Assembly: GCA_013239625.1 (NCBI GenBank) | Contig: MU054212.1 | Location: 372,001 to 436,000, forward strand | Reading direction: 5' to 3' | Source of the DNA: Lama guanicoe | Taxonomy: Eukaryota | Length of the DNA stretch: 64,000 nt | In this document: one piece after another, positions 12,571-26,394 of the stretch | Layout of the letters: each line of letters opens with the position of its first letter | Position numbering within the stretch: the first letter of the stretch is position 1 | The notes under the pieces: model-generated | The model's input: the letters and a program-made list of their open reading frames with translations, nothing else | Told to the model about the DNA's origin: nothing | The model's database searches: none | Position numbers and translations under genes: made by a program

Positions 12571-15500
12571 AAGCAGGGCCCAAGAAGTATCCAGTACATC
12601 ACTATTACAGGACAAATACAGTCAAACTGCTTTCCCCTTAGTTTAACAATATACTTTTAACTAATACACTGCACAACTAAAATGGATTGTTTGAGAAATG
12701 AGAACAGTAATTTCAATGGAGAGTGAGGAACTTTAGCCTATTTTTGTCTGATGTACTTGATCCATTCCCACAAAACCTGAGATGCACAGAAACTTGATCT
12801 TCTGTGAGAAAGGTATTTTCTAATAAATTACATTTCATTTCCTGAATTTGGTTGCCAATTTTTAAAGAGCCGAACTGCAGCAAAATGAACAAATAGTACA
12901 TACTCTGTAAATACTCAGCACTGATCCAAAAACTTTATTCTTTAAGTTTACATTGGTAAAATTGAAGTAAAAATAGATTGACTACATTAGACCCTCAAAT
13001 AACACTGTAGTAAAACACAGAATTTTGAATACTACAAGTTTGTCTTGGACTATGTCCAATAGGGTCTGGTTACAAAAACTAACTCATTATAACTTATAAT
13101 GTGATCCTGGAGCAGGGTTTTGAAGAATACGTTAGATGAAGGCTCTCATCAAGTAGATTAAAAATAGAAAACTGAAGAGCCAGTTATGTGCTTTAATTAA
13201 GTAAATACCATACTTGTTTGCCTATGATAGAAACTTAGCTTAGAGAAAATGAGGAAGAAATAGGTACAGATAAAAAAGGATCTGATCAAAATCAAATCAT
13301 CTTTTCATTTAACTTGAATTATATTAGAATAAAATAATTACTGGAGTTTTAAAAAATAACTGTTTCTTAGAAAGTGGTTAAATTAGCTAATAAATTAGAA
13401 AAGGGAAATTGAAGAGGGCATAGAAATAAGAAAAAGTGGGGACACACACTGCTGAACAAAGTCCAGTAATAACAGATACTATTTGCAAAAGGAGTTATCA
13501 AACTTACTCAGGTCTTCACTGAATTTGCTCAGATTATAATCAACTTGATATTAATACTCCCTTTCTTGTATTTGAAGCTGAATAGATTGTAATCTTTGTT
13601 AAATAAATAATTTCTTATGACCACTAATTTCTGAAATAAATGAATAAATCACTTTCTCCTTTCTATGCAATTTTGCAGTTGGGCTAGATAATTGTTACAA
13701 TCCCTTAGAATATAATGGAAATAACAATATGATAACTATTTAACTACCTGACTTATTTAAACTTAATTATCTGAAGAAAATAAGATACGTAAAAGCACTT
13801 TTAAATTTAAATAAATTGTAACTTAATCCTTTCTATAATTATAAATCTCTCACAATTTGCATAGCAATTCAAGAATTTCACTACAATTATATAATTTTAG
13901 CAATTGGAAAGACCTCTCTGATTAGCTATAGCTCTTAAATCTATTATTAACAACAGTTTCTTGTACTATTTGAATACATATATATAAAATCATTCAATCC
14001 TTAACTATCCTGTGAAATATCCAAGATACATATTATTATCTTCGTATCACTGATAAAACAACCGAGGCACAGAGATGTTAAATTACTTGCTTAATATTAT
14101 TGTAATGAAAAATTATAATTAGTTCAAAAAATTAGGTGGAGCTGCTGCTGATTTCCCACAATCAACCTATACAAATACATTACTATGTAATTACAGTTTG
14201 CAGAATTCACAATGATTTCCTATAGCAGAATCTGTGCACATGCCTTCTGCCTGGAAAGCCTTCTACCACTCTCCTTCCAATAGGCAAGCTACCTCAAATT
14301 TCTATGAAGTCTTCTTTAAGAAATTTCACACATACTATCTCATTCTTACAACAACCCTTTTAGACACAGTAAGTATGAGTATTCTCATTTTTCCAGTTGG
14401 GGAAATAAGACTTTTCTAGGAAACATGTAGATAATTAGAGATAAGGCCAGAGCCTATACCCTGGTCGTCTTTCAGCTCAGGATTTGCACAGTACCATAGG
14501 CTGGGAATATGGCTACATGCCATTGTTGACTATAGAACACGGCCTCAATTTTTTGGAGCACTTCCTGCTCTGATCCTTTCCGAGATTACAACATAATTCC
14601 AGGCCCTTCAATCTATTTAGTTTTAAACTTCTTACATGAAAGAATCTATAACTTAGGGCTGGGAAAGCTAGTAGAAACACTTGCTAATTCCATTAGGAGT
14701 CAATTCATATTCATTTCCCAAATATCCACATCTACTATAAGCCAAGTAAAAGAGCAAGTGTGCCATAATCACTAAGAAATAAAATTATTATTGAAAAAAA
14801 GTCTTTAAAAAGTTAGATTAATCCATATAATAGTGCTTCACTCCAACCTTGACCAAGACAGCCCAGTTTATTTCCCTCTTCTCAACGAGACAAATCAAAT
14901 TACTATCAAATTTAAAAGTCCTTTTAGTAACCTTATACAACGCAAAGCTTTCTGAAGTAGACAGAAAAATGCATTGTGACTTCAAATTAGCCTTCAGGTA
15001 ATAAAAATTTTTCATAAACTTTATTAGTTATTTTCTCAAAAACAGTTTATAAATTAAAAATAGAATAGCACAGAATAAGCTTCTATAGATTCTATTATTC
15101 AAAAATAGCATGGTATACTGAAAAGATCATAGATACAGGAATTATGCCCAGAAGACTGGGTTTGGAGTCTTGGGTCAACTGATCCACTAGTTTGTACATA
15201 CAGTGCTAGTTACACCATCTAATTTCTCAACCTCTATGAAAAGATGAAAACTGTACCTGTTCTACATTTATGACACAGTTGGTTATAGGTTCAAAAGAGA
15301 AGATATGTAGGAAAAGTATTTCGTATTTTATCTTCGCTAGTTTTTCTTGAATCCATTTTCTATCAGTATTAAAGAAACAACTTTTCAACTAATGGGAATT
15401 TCAGATTACTATCAATAAACCAAAAAGCACAATTCTTTTGTGGCTTTCATTATCTGTATTATAATATTCTTTAAAAAAGAGTTTATATAGATCTATACAT

Positions 15501-17761
15501 AGTTAAGAAGGAAGTACTCATGACTACGAAAGGTCATTTACATCTTCCCTTTTTATTAGTTTATATTTCAAATTCCTTACAGCTTCTGACCATATTACTT
15601 ACCACCCAACCAGGACATTTTTAAGAGTAAATGGGAGCCCTGTTAAAAGTTAAGCCAGAAGAATAGACATTAACTAGAATTGTTGGTGGTAAGCCAGGGC
15701 ACACAGTCACTTTATACAAGAAGTGTACTAGATTTGGGAAGAGGAATTCTATCTAACCTAAATAATCCACAAAAACAAATTGCCCCAAAGGGTGAGAAGT
15801 GAATTAAAACATAATTTAATTTCTTTATTCATTTTTAATACTTCTGATTATAACTTAAGTAAAATTAAAAAGTATTGGCTAAAAATGAAGTTCTCCTTTA
15901 AGAACTGAATTCTGAACATAAAATATTTTTGGAAAGGTAACTATCAAAGCTTCCTTAACCTTAGACTAACACATGGATTAGGAAATGCAAAAAGCCAATA
16001 TTTTAAACAAAGTCTATTTTTCTCAAAAATAGTTAGAATGGGGAAAAATTGGGAGAAAAAAGTCAGCCAGTATATCTGAAGACATATCTGTAATTTGAGA
16101 AGCATGAGTACATTAAAGATCACAACTATTTGCCAGCAGTGAATAAACTCATCAATTCATAGATGGAAAAATTACCATTTAAGATGTGAATCATTATTTT
16201 TTTTAAGTGGACAAAGCAATGAATATTAAACTTGTTTGTTCTGTGACCCTATCAAGAAATGCTTTTATTAATAGACTCCAAGTGTCAGTGACTTGTTCCT
16301 ACAGTTAACTCTTCATAACATTTACCATTTACATTACTGTAAATAAATGTTGTTCCCACAGCTTCCATCATGGTAGCATTATACATATGTAAACAAGACA
16401 ATGCTGTATAGAGCTATATTTACTGGATAAAAAGATAAAGATTCATTTCTCAAGATTCCCAAAATAAAATCCACTTTTCTACTCTACACTCTTGGTGATC
16501 ACTCTTAAATTCTTTTATCATCTCTATAGCAGTTAAGCTCTGTGCTTCTTATAAATGCCAGTGTTAGAGAAAGAGCCTAAGTGCTATCTAACAAAATCCC
16601 TGGGCTTCATAAACCTATAAGCATAGGTATGAAATACTGCCCAAGCAGCCACTGTATATAAAAGGATGACCTTGAAGAAAAAGATGCCCCTTTCCACTGA
16701 CAATAAATCATTTTGCAATAACAGATCATTAACATTCTTAATCAGCCTACCATCATTCAAATCTACGCATACAGGCAAGCAGACAGTATACTGTATCAGG
16801 TATGAGGAAATGGTTCTTAAATTGGACAAATTATACATCTAGTAAAACTCTGCCCTTTGCCGATGTGAACTGAAGTAGCTAAGTATTTTAAAACATAAAC
16901 TAATTTAATAGTTTATAAAGGGAAATGAAGAAGGTATATGTAGCCATAGTGATAATCAAAATAAATAAAGCTTCTTTATCTAAGTTGGAAGTTGGCTAGA
17001 CTACAAGAGGCTAATTTTTCTAACTGGAAAACAATGTATAATATAATCTTTAATGTCTGTTATCAGCACTTAAATGACCACCTAAGACTGTCAAAATAAA
17101 AACTGTGATACTGACATCCTCCATGAATGTTAACGGTATCTTTTATAAAAAGCAATTATAAAACTGCTCAACCTAACTGGAATCTTGGCACCATTAACTC
17201 AAATCATAAACAAAACATTCTGGCACTTGGGGCAAGATCACTAATTGAAGTATATACCCCTACTCCCAAACAACACTTAGTAATTACTGTAAACAACTTT
17301 TTAAAAATTAAATCAAGTGTTCATTTAGGTTGATACAAATTTTGACAGTTAATATTCTTTCATGTTAAAGCTTTTCTTCCCTTTTATTGCTCTTATTATC
17401 TTTATTTTATTTTTTTATCTTATTATCTCTTTTGTTCCATTCTTAAAATGGTTCTGACTGTAGTATACAGCTCACCCCAGTTTACTAGTATTGTGTGTTC
17501 ATATTAGAAGTCCCGGACATTATTATGTAAATAATCATAATGGGTTTAATCACTAAATTTTTTGCCTGGGGATACAGGTGTCAACGCGAGGAGGGGAGGG
17601 AAATGGTGTGATGTGCAGAGTGGGAGAGAGATGGGAAATGACCAGCAAAAGCAGCAGAAGTAGCCTTAGACTAAGAATCAGATATCAGCATGGTAGTCCA
17701 GCTCCATCCTAGTTCTTCAGGTAAATCATGTAAACTCATTTGTTCACTACATATGCTAGGC

Positions 17762-18072
17762 CTGTGCTCTCCAGTATGGTTGCCATGAGCCACATGTGGC
17801 TTTGAGCACTTGAAATGTGGCTAATCTAAACTGAGATATCCTGTAAAGGTAAAATACACATCATATTTTTGAAGACTCAGTATGAAGAAAAATAATGTAA
17901 AAAGTCTCATTAATAAATTTATATACGGATTACATGTTGAAATGATTATATTTTAGATAAATTAGGTTAAATAAAATATATTAAGTTAATTTCACCTCTT
18001 TGTTTTTACTTTTTTTTAATGTGGCTACTAGAAAATTTAAAATTATATGTGTGGTTCTGTTGGATAGTGCTG
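17762..18072. mobile_element. MER33 (hAT-Charlie) DNA transposon
   Basis: agccacatgtggc...gcacttgaaatgtggcta...aatgtggctactagaaaatttaaaatta; flanks tgctaggc / tgctaagg. Confidence 0.85.
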
Positions 18073-18084
18073 TGCTAAGGCTCT

Positions 18085-19230
18085 CTGGCAAGACCTAAGA
18101 ATAAGAAGGCACAGTCTCTACTATCAAGGAATCCCCCATAGCTTAGTTGGGTAAGATAAAAGATACAAAAACAATTACAATATAATGGTATTAAATGTAG
18201 TGACGAAGATACACATGGGAAAATGAAGAGAGTACTATTAATGGAAAGGGATAGGAAGGAGGAGTGAAGAAAGACATTAAGGTTGTCTCCTCCTAGAAAC
18301 TGTACTACCTGAGCTAAGTCTTAAAGGATAAGTAGAAAAGTGAATTATATAGGATCTGGGTGGAGCTAATTTCAAGAGAAGAGGATTGTATGAGCCAAGA
18401 CAAAGAAGCAGCAAAGAACAGGAAGAAGGACTATAAGCAGTCCCCTGTTTTAGAGGGAAAGGGTGAGGCGACAGGCAGAGGTGCAAGGTTAAGAAGGGCT
18501 TCTGTGGCATTTTTAAAGGGATTGGATTTTAGTCTTTTTGCAATGGAGAGCCACTGAAGGGTTTTAAGCAAGGGAATGCCAAGATCAGAAACTAAGGTTG
18601 AGCTCTCTGGCAGCTGTGTGGAAACTGCATTAAGGTGCAAGACTGGAAGCAAGGAGGCTCTAGTCCAGGTAAAAAATATCAGGGCCTAAACTAGGGCAAT
18701 ACTAGTGAGGATGGAAAGGAAAGCACTAGTTAAGAACTGCTTTTAGGAGGTGACATCAGTAGTATACAGTGATTGACCAGTCCTGACTTCATGGAAAGGG
18801 GGTTGATATTATTCTAAAGTGATGGGAAGACCCTGGAATGTCTTGAGCAGGGGGGTGTTATATTCTGATTTAACTTTTAAAGGATCATTCTCACTGCTGG
18901 AGAATACACTGTAAAGGGGAAAAGCAGCGGAAGCAGAAAGATATTTCTGCTTTAAATTTCTGATTTAAAAAAAAAAAAAGGAGGCTATTACTGCAGAAGA
19001 GGTTTGAGATGATGGTGGCTTGCCCCAGGGTAGATACAGAAGAGCTGGTGAGAAGAAATTGGACTTGGGTTGCATTTTTCTCTGCAAAATGGTATTGCCT
19101 AATTCACAGCGTTGAGAAGGGAAAAGGGAAGGTCAGGAAGATCACACCTGTTGAGTCCAATTGTTTAACCAAGAGGTTAGGGTGTCTGCTGAGACTGAGA
19201 ATACTGTACAGAGGTTTGAGGAAAACAGTG
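18085..19230 (-). mobile_element. L2 LINE fragments
   Basis: gcaatggagagccactgaagggttttaagcaaggg and tttaaaggatcattctcactgct are typical of the L2 reverse strand. Confidence 0.7.
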
Positions 19231-21289
19231 AAGGTTTAGAAGACAGCAGAGGCAACAGAAGGAGCTGAACAAAGGTGATTTTAGGGTTTAATTGATGCCC
19301 GACATGAGATCTGAAACCATGTAATTTTAGTGATATCGGTCTAACATGTTATGTAATTTTTTCCTTCACAACCCTCAGTTACCCAGCTGTAGGAGAAGAA
19401 TGCAGAATCAACAAAGAGCTTCTGTTGTAAAATGCTTGTGTTGGATGATTCAAAATCTACACAGTTCCAAAATTCTACAGTTCTAAGAATCCTAGAGTTT
19501 TTTAGTGCTACCGCACAATTTTTCTTATTGTGGTTAAAAGTACATATATAAAAGTTACCAGGTTAACCATTTCACTACACAATTTTTAAATCAAGCATCC
19601 TAACCAGGGGCCTCCAATATGTATGCTAGGACATTAAAATCCCAGCCCTCAAGGTGGCAGTGCTGGGCCTGAGGTGGCTGGAATCCTAATTTCTGTATCC
19701 TTTGGATAAAAACATTCTCATCTTTTTATCACAATATGTAATCAAGTATTCATTTTCCAAGTACTGAAAAAGTTTGGAAAGCACTGTTCTAAGCCATAAA
19801 ATTTGAGAAACCTTGTATTACAAAGAATTCAAAATATCTGCTTCTCTATTAATGAAGTTTTCTCATAGATCTTCAGGACTTCGTAATTTATTCCACTATG
19901 TGGGTCTTAAGCCTCCTTACTGGAGGCAAATATCTAAACCGATGCCCATTGCTTCCACTGTTAAAGTGACTATCATAAAATTCCAAAAAGAGAATCTAAG
20001 GATTTTGAATGGATTCAAAACTATTCTCCTTTATTTAAAAAAAAAAAAAAAAGGAATCCCTCAAGGGATGCCCAATTCATTCATTTATCCACAGAGACTG
20101 GCAAGCACTGGGCTAGTGTCTGGTGATAAAAAGGTGACCTCAAGAAACTTGAGTCTAGTAGGGAGACAGAATTAATTAAATAAATAATTTAAACTGTAAT
20201 AAGTGTCAAGTGGGAAGGTATATAGTGGATCTAACTGAAAAGACTATTAAAACAAGATAAAACTTGGAAGTGAATGATAGTTACTTTAACAGGGTAATGA
20301 ATGTTCAGCAGCCCTCTTTAAAGATACCAAGGTTCCCACAGCATTGCTAGGGATCGTAGAGAAACATCCTGCTTTGCCCAATTGCAAGGAGTAAGTAAGC
20401 TGTGATATTCATCCTTTAAGATCAAGGATAAATGGGAAAATTACCTTCACACTTGATATCTATGATTGCCTAAATACAACTCAACGTTTTAAAGTTTATA
20501 ATATTATCCTGTATTACAGAAAAGTTCCAACCTTTTTTAAAAGATATCGTGATTTTCGTCTCTTTCTTCAGCTTCATTTGCAGAATTTCTAACACTAAAC
20601 TGCTTATTTTAGAAAACCAAAATAAATAGGAAACTATACTAACAATTTGAATGTTATAAACAAACAGCTACAGAAAACGTTGACTTAAAAAATTTTACCT
20701 AACAGCATGTTGTTCCAACATATAATGCGTCACTTCTGATTCCATCTCATTTCAGGTTCGTCGGAAACTTTTTCTAACCTGAGCAAAGTATACATCGTTT
20801 TGTACAAGGCCTCGCGACCTAGTCCTGTCAGGTCACATCACTAAACTAGGTTAACAGCTACGAGGCCTAAGCTACGTTAGACTCAGCCGTGTCCATCCCC
20901 TCCTCAGTGAATTTTAACGTTCCATCTGGTACAGGCCACTCGTACGTGCTTTTGCAGAAATGGGCTTAAGTCAGACAGACTGACAACTTCTCAGTAGAAC
21001 TTGAAGCTCCCCACAGCGTGAGCCTTCTCTAGGGCACCTCAAAAACGCTGTGGGGGCCGCCAGCTCCTGGAGCCGCTTCGACAGCTGAGGTGGCGCTTCA
21101 CTCTCTAGTCACCGTCCCTCGGGGTGGGACGCGCGGCCGACCCCTCTCCTCTTCTCAGGGAGGGAGGGGCGCCGCCTCGCTCTGCGGCGGGAGGAAGGGA
21201 CGTGACGTCGCGGGAACTCCCGCGTGACGTCGCGCGGGCTCCGGGCGGGGCGAGGTGGGCGGGAGGCCCTCGGGCCCTCCCCCACGCCC

Positions 21290-21449
21290 GGAAAGCGCGG
21301 GCTGCCCCGAGGGGGCGGCTTTGCCGCTGCGGGTTTGGCACATTAGTGAGGGAAAGAGGAGAAAAGCGAACGACCGTCCTTCCCCAGCCCCAGAGCCTGC
21401 CCGCTGCCCTGCTGGGTCTTTCGAGAATCTCGAGGCAATCTTGGAAGTC
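21290..21449 (+). other. RBBP8: Putative non-coding first exon 1a (5' end approximate)
   Basis: Donor-like GTC|GTGAGT at 21449/21450 inside the CpG island. The TSS cannot be determined from sequence. Confidence 0.55.
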
Positions 21450-21699
21450 GTGAGTAAAAGCAATCCCCTTTCTCCCACCCAGAGCGCTGGGTCCTAGCGG
21501 CTGCTTCCGGTCTAGAACGGCGGGCTGACCGTAGGCGTTTGGCCCCGGGGTGGCGGTGGTTGTATGGCTCTGGGGCCGAGTCTGAGGAGTAGGCAGGGGG
21601 TGGGGCCGGAGCGAGGATTAACTCGCTCTCGTCACTGTCCTTGGGCTCCGCACCTGCTGAGACCTTGCCTCCCGGCGCCGAGCCCGCCTCGCGCATGCG

Positions 21700-21769
21700 C
21701 CGACCTGTGCCGAAGGGCGCCGCGCGCGCTTCCGGCGCCAATCGTGAGGTTCTCCTGTGGAGCCTCTCG
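21700..21769 (+). other. RBBP8: Putative alternative non-coding first exon 1b (5' end approximate)
   Basis: Donor-like TCG|GTAAGG at 21769/21770, just after the NRF1/ETS/CCAAT cluster. Confidence 0.5.
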
Positions 21770-22439
21770 GTAAGGTCGGCCCGCTAACCCTGTCCGGCGC
21801 GGGAGGAGCGGCTTATGGCTAAGGGTCCTGGGATGGGAGCCTCCAGATCTCCGCTCTGCTCGTAAGAGGACCACTCAAAGTCACTGTTCATTTGTTCAGG
21901 GCCCTTGTGTGATCTGAGGCGCGGCTCTTGCCTCACTGTGTATGAATATGTGTGGTGTGACAGGAAAGAAAACTTTTACTGAGCATCTTCAAAGTGGTGG
22001 TTTACGCAGCAGCAGGATGCATAGGAATGCATTAAATTATTGCAGACCTCTGAGTCCAGAATGCAACTTGAGAGGCAAGATGGCACATTTCTGAGAAAAT
22101 GCATCGTCGTGCAGCAAACAACGAAATGCTCAGTATCAAAAGAAATGCCAGCAAAAAGTGCTGGGCTTGCAGGATAGACTGGAAAGGGTTTTGTGAGTTA
22201 GAATTTGCAAATTTAGTATTGATAAATTGTTATTATGTGTGGGGGTGCACTTAACCTTTTTATCTCCTCTGAAGATAGATATTTCTTAAAGATGCTTATT
22301 GTACACTATTTGTTTTAAACTAATACTCTTCAATTATAAATTGTTCATTGAAGTAACTAAAACTTTGTTTTGAACTTTTTGCTTAATAGAAATACTTGCC
22401 TTTTGTTTTTTGGCTACTTACAGGTATTTTTGGAGTTAA

Positions 22440-22650
22440 TTGGCATCACAACTGAAGTTCCAGCCCTGACATAGACATATCCTAGCAATGTGACCTTGGA
22501 CCAGTTACTTAATCTCTTAAACCTGTTTCTCCAACTCTAAAATGAAGTTAATAATAGTAGCTGTTTTATTCAGTTTTTCTGAAGATTAAGTTAAAAAAAA
22601 GAATATACAACAGTACAACCCCTGGTATATAGTGAACACTTAATAAATGG
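22440..22650 (+). mobile_element. MIR SINE
   Basis: tgtgaccttggaccagttacttaatctc...taaaatgaagttaataatagta. Confidence 0.75.
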
Positions 22651-24140
22651 TGTTTTTTATTGGCAATAGTATAGGCCCATTGACTTATCTTTTAGGGTTA
22701 ATAAATAGATGAATACAAGCCTCTTTGTAAATTAAGCTGTATTAACGCAGAGCACCCAATCCCACTTTTAAAAACTTTATGTAAATAATAAACATACACA
22801 AGAGAGACACTAGAATTATGAACCACTCATATACCCATCCACTGCCCAGCTTCAGTAATTGTTAGACTTCAGTTCTGCATGATACATATCCCCAGCCAAC
22901 ATCCATTTATTGTTTTAGCTGGAATATTTTAAAGTAAATCCCAGTGAACATATCACTTTACCTGTAAACACCTCATTATTTTTCTTTAACAGATAAAGGA
23001 CTTTGTTTTTAACCTGCCCATCTCATTATCATATCCAAGAAAATAAAAAAGAATTTCTTAATCTCTAAAATATAGAACCTGTTCAGTTTTCACTGATTAC
23101 CTAAAAAAGTGTAATCACAATTTTTGAAAAGCTTAATAAATGTATTATTAATTCTGTACTGCTTTATAGTTTACCAGGTAGCTTCTCACATGATATTGCT
23201 CCCTTTAGAAATACCATTGCTTATCTTAGCCTCTTCATCAAAGACCTTAAGAAATAGCAAGAGACAAAACAGTTTGGGTACTTGTTAGCAATGGTAAGGC
23301 ATTGGCTAAGGAGCCAGATGTGAAGTTTAGTAGACTTTTTAATAACAGTTTACTTTTTTAGTAGTAGCTAGTTAATGGTTTCAGTTTAAGAACACATGTT
23401 AAAATATTTATTAATCCACTTGAACTTCTTTATGACCTGTTGCTTCCTTCAGGGGCTACACAAGTAATAAATTTAATCATGTACCTTTACTCTGAGAGGC
23501 ACAAAATAGCTTTACCCTAGTGGCCTTGTTATTAGATGTTTCTGTATTCATAGATCTTTGCTGTGTCTATATCTTGCACACTGGTATCTCTTGTTATGAA
23601 AAAGCTATTCTGATACTCATGTTAATATGTCAATCATCTTTCTTGCTTTTCTACAATATGTGTCTGTGTATAGAGTTTGTGTATATGTGTGAATGCTTGT
23701 TAAGTCAAGAATATCACAGAATGTTTTCCAGTTTTTGGTTCAACATATTACATTCCATATCAACTCAAAAGTTAAAAAAGCGATAAATTCTTTTAGAATG
23801 GTGAATCAATACTGACCACGAATGATTACAAACTTCTGTATATCAGAATCCTTTCAATTTAACATAATTTAGGCAATTAACTTCCTTGTAGGTGGAATAA
23901 AAAATTTGCCTGAAAATTTAGCTTAACTTAGTAAGGCCAGATAACTGAAATTGGACTTTTCTCACCATAATTGTCTTTTCCCCTCATTTCCACCCTCCTC
24001 CCCTTGCCGCTGCCAGTTCTAAAGTGATTGTAGGTAAATATGGAAAACTGAGAACAACTGGCTGGACTTGAAGTCATCCTGACTTCAAATTACATAAAGA
24101 TAAATGCAGAACTCATTTATGTTGCAATCTGTCGTTTCAG

Positions 24141-24413
<273 letters not shown>

Positions 24414-25869
24414 TGACAGTTCAAACTTAACCATTTTTAAAGGAACTTAACTTTTTGCAGAAAAAAATGGAGTTTTTTCTGATTCGTTTTTATCATTGAA
24501 TTGTTACTTTCTAATTACAGACAGCTGCCACAGGCTGTAGCTCTTGCACCAGATGTAGTTATTTACTTGTGGTAATCGGTATGGTGTGGTGGAAGGAGCG
24601 TAGAAATTGTTGACTGAAGAGCTGGATTTGAATTCTGATTTCATTTATCTACTTCCTCTGTGATCTCGGTCTAGTTACATAACCTCTAAACTTAATTTTC
24701 TTCTGTAAAATTATTTGCAGAATTGTTTATAGACATAAAAATACTACCTAGGTCATTCAGTAAACCTTTAGGTATCTGTTTGCCACTGAGCACTGAGATA
24801 CAAAAGTAAATGGCAGTTTGCCCTCAAAGATCCTGCAGTTCAATAGAGTCATGTAAACAGATAATTACAGTATAATGAAACCAGTGCTAAAAGGTTTATG
24901 TGAAGTGCAGTGAACATTCAGAGGATTGAGCTGATGCCTTTGGGATGAGTATATGGATATTATTTGTGATTGTGTTAGTGTATACTATTAAAATTAAACG
25001 ATTAAAGCTAAACTCAAGGTTTGATATTAAGCCTTAACATACCTGTCTAATTCTGTGGTGTTAATGTAACAATGTTTTTCCCATGTGTGGGAAACACTTC
25101 ATATTACATTTGTTTCTTGATTACCTGTTGCAACCATAGGTTTAATACTGCAGTGCTTTATAGTTTTAACATTAACACTGGAGAGCCATTAAAATATGAT
25201 CCACTTCAATCTAAAGTACATTGTGTCTGTGTTGGAACTTTCCCGTGGTAAATTTAGTTTCTGGAAGAACCTCATAATGGACTCATCATTAATTAATAGG
25301 TTCTGAAATATGAACCCCAGTATTCTTGCAGCCTCAGAGTACTTGGAGACACTTGTTCAAGAAATGTTTTGGGGAGCACTTACTATGTGCCAGACCTTGT
25401 GAATGGTAATATGTATGAGTCATATATAGTCCTAATTTTAAGGGACTTTGTAATGTACCATGTTATCTGGGATTATAAAGGAAGAACCGGGATGGATGGG
25501 GGTGTGTGTGTGTGTGTGTGTGTTATACTATCAGACCAGGCTTTACAATTGAATTAAGTGTAATTATCCAGGCATAAAAGATGGTGGGGGGAGAGGAGGG
25601 ATGTTCTGAGTAGAAAGAATAACATATGCAAATTTATGGATAATAGCTTGATTTTATTCAAGGAACTATATACAGTTTGTTGTATCTCCAAGAAGGAAGG
25701 GGATGGGAGATAGGAATTTACTGTTGAGGTGGACAGTTGATGCCAAAAAAGTTGATAGCTTCACATTATGTAAAACAGTATATAGTGTGCTAATCCTAAA
25801 ACTTCCATCTCTGTGCCTGCTTTCATTGATTGAGAGTGGATGGGAATAGTGCTATGCTGGAAAAGAGGC

Positions 25870-26110
25870 CCTGTGATGGAGTGGTTTATTCCCTGAATTC
25901 TGCATCTGGACTGCCGGTATTTGAAAGCCTTATCCACCACTTGAATAGAGGTGGTGACCTTGTGCCAGTTATTTAACTTTATAGTGCCTCAAATTCCTTA
26001 CCTATAAAATAAAGATACTAATAATAGCTACCTCTTATTGTATTATATAGCTTAATATATGTATAGCATTTGAAAGAGTGTCGGGCACATAGCCATATAT
26101 GTTAGCTGGT
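25870..26110 (+). mobile_element. MIR SINE
   Basis: gtgaccttgtgccagttatttaac...gtgcctcaaattccttacctataaaat...ggcacatag. Confidence 0.75.
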
Positions 26111-26394
26111 TCTGTCACTATGAAGCAGCAACCATTATGTATTATCAATGCCTGCTGTGGACCGTACCAGCTGGAGACAATGGGATACTACAAAAAAGTT
26201 GTAACAGGTTTCACATACTGATTACTTTTCTTTAGCCCCTTTATGGTTTTTTAAACTGCTGACTTCTAGGAGGATACAGAAAAATGACCAAAATGATAAA
26301 CATGAGAAAATTGAAATGGTTGGGAAATTAATAAAATTATTATTTTCCTGTCTTTTTGGTAAGGGAGAGGAATGGGGATTTTTTTTTCTGTCAT

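Larger units (their letters stand above)
21030..21925. promoter_or_regulatory. RBBP8: CpG island promoter / first-exon region of RBBP8
   Basis: Abrupt GC- and CpG-rich block in AT-rich surroundings, 2.2 kb upstream of the first coding exon. Contains GC boxes (21243, 21311), two CGTGACGTCGCG CRE/ATF-like sites, E2F-like CGCGGGAA, NRF1 GCGCATGCGC (21691-21700), ETS CTTCCGG (21504, 21729) and CCAAT (21738). Confidence 0.93.

Noticed and set aside
18931..18952. 9-bp hairpin aagcagaaa-gata-tttctgctt
   Set aside because: Short, inside decayed L2 sequence, expected by chance or local slippage.
21105..21874. Cluster of overlapping 69-132 aa ORFs on both strands
   Set aside because: Stop-codon scarcity in a CpG island. 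Low-complexity Arg/Gly/Pro/Ala peptides with no recognisable homology.
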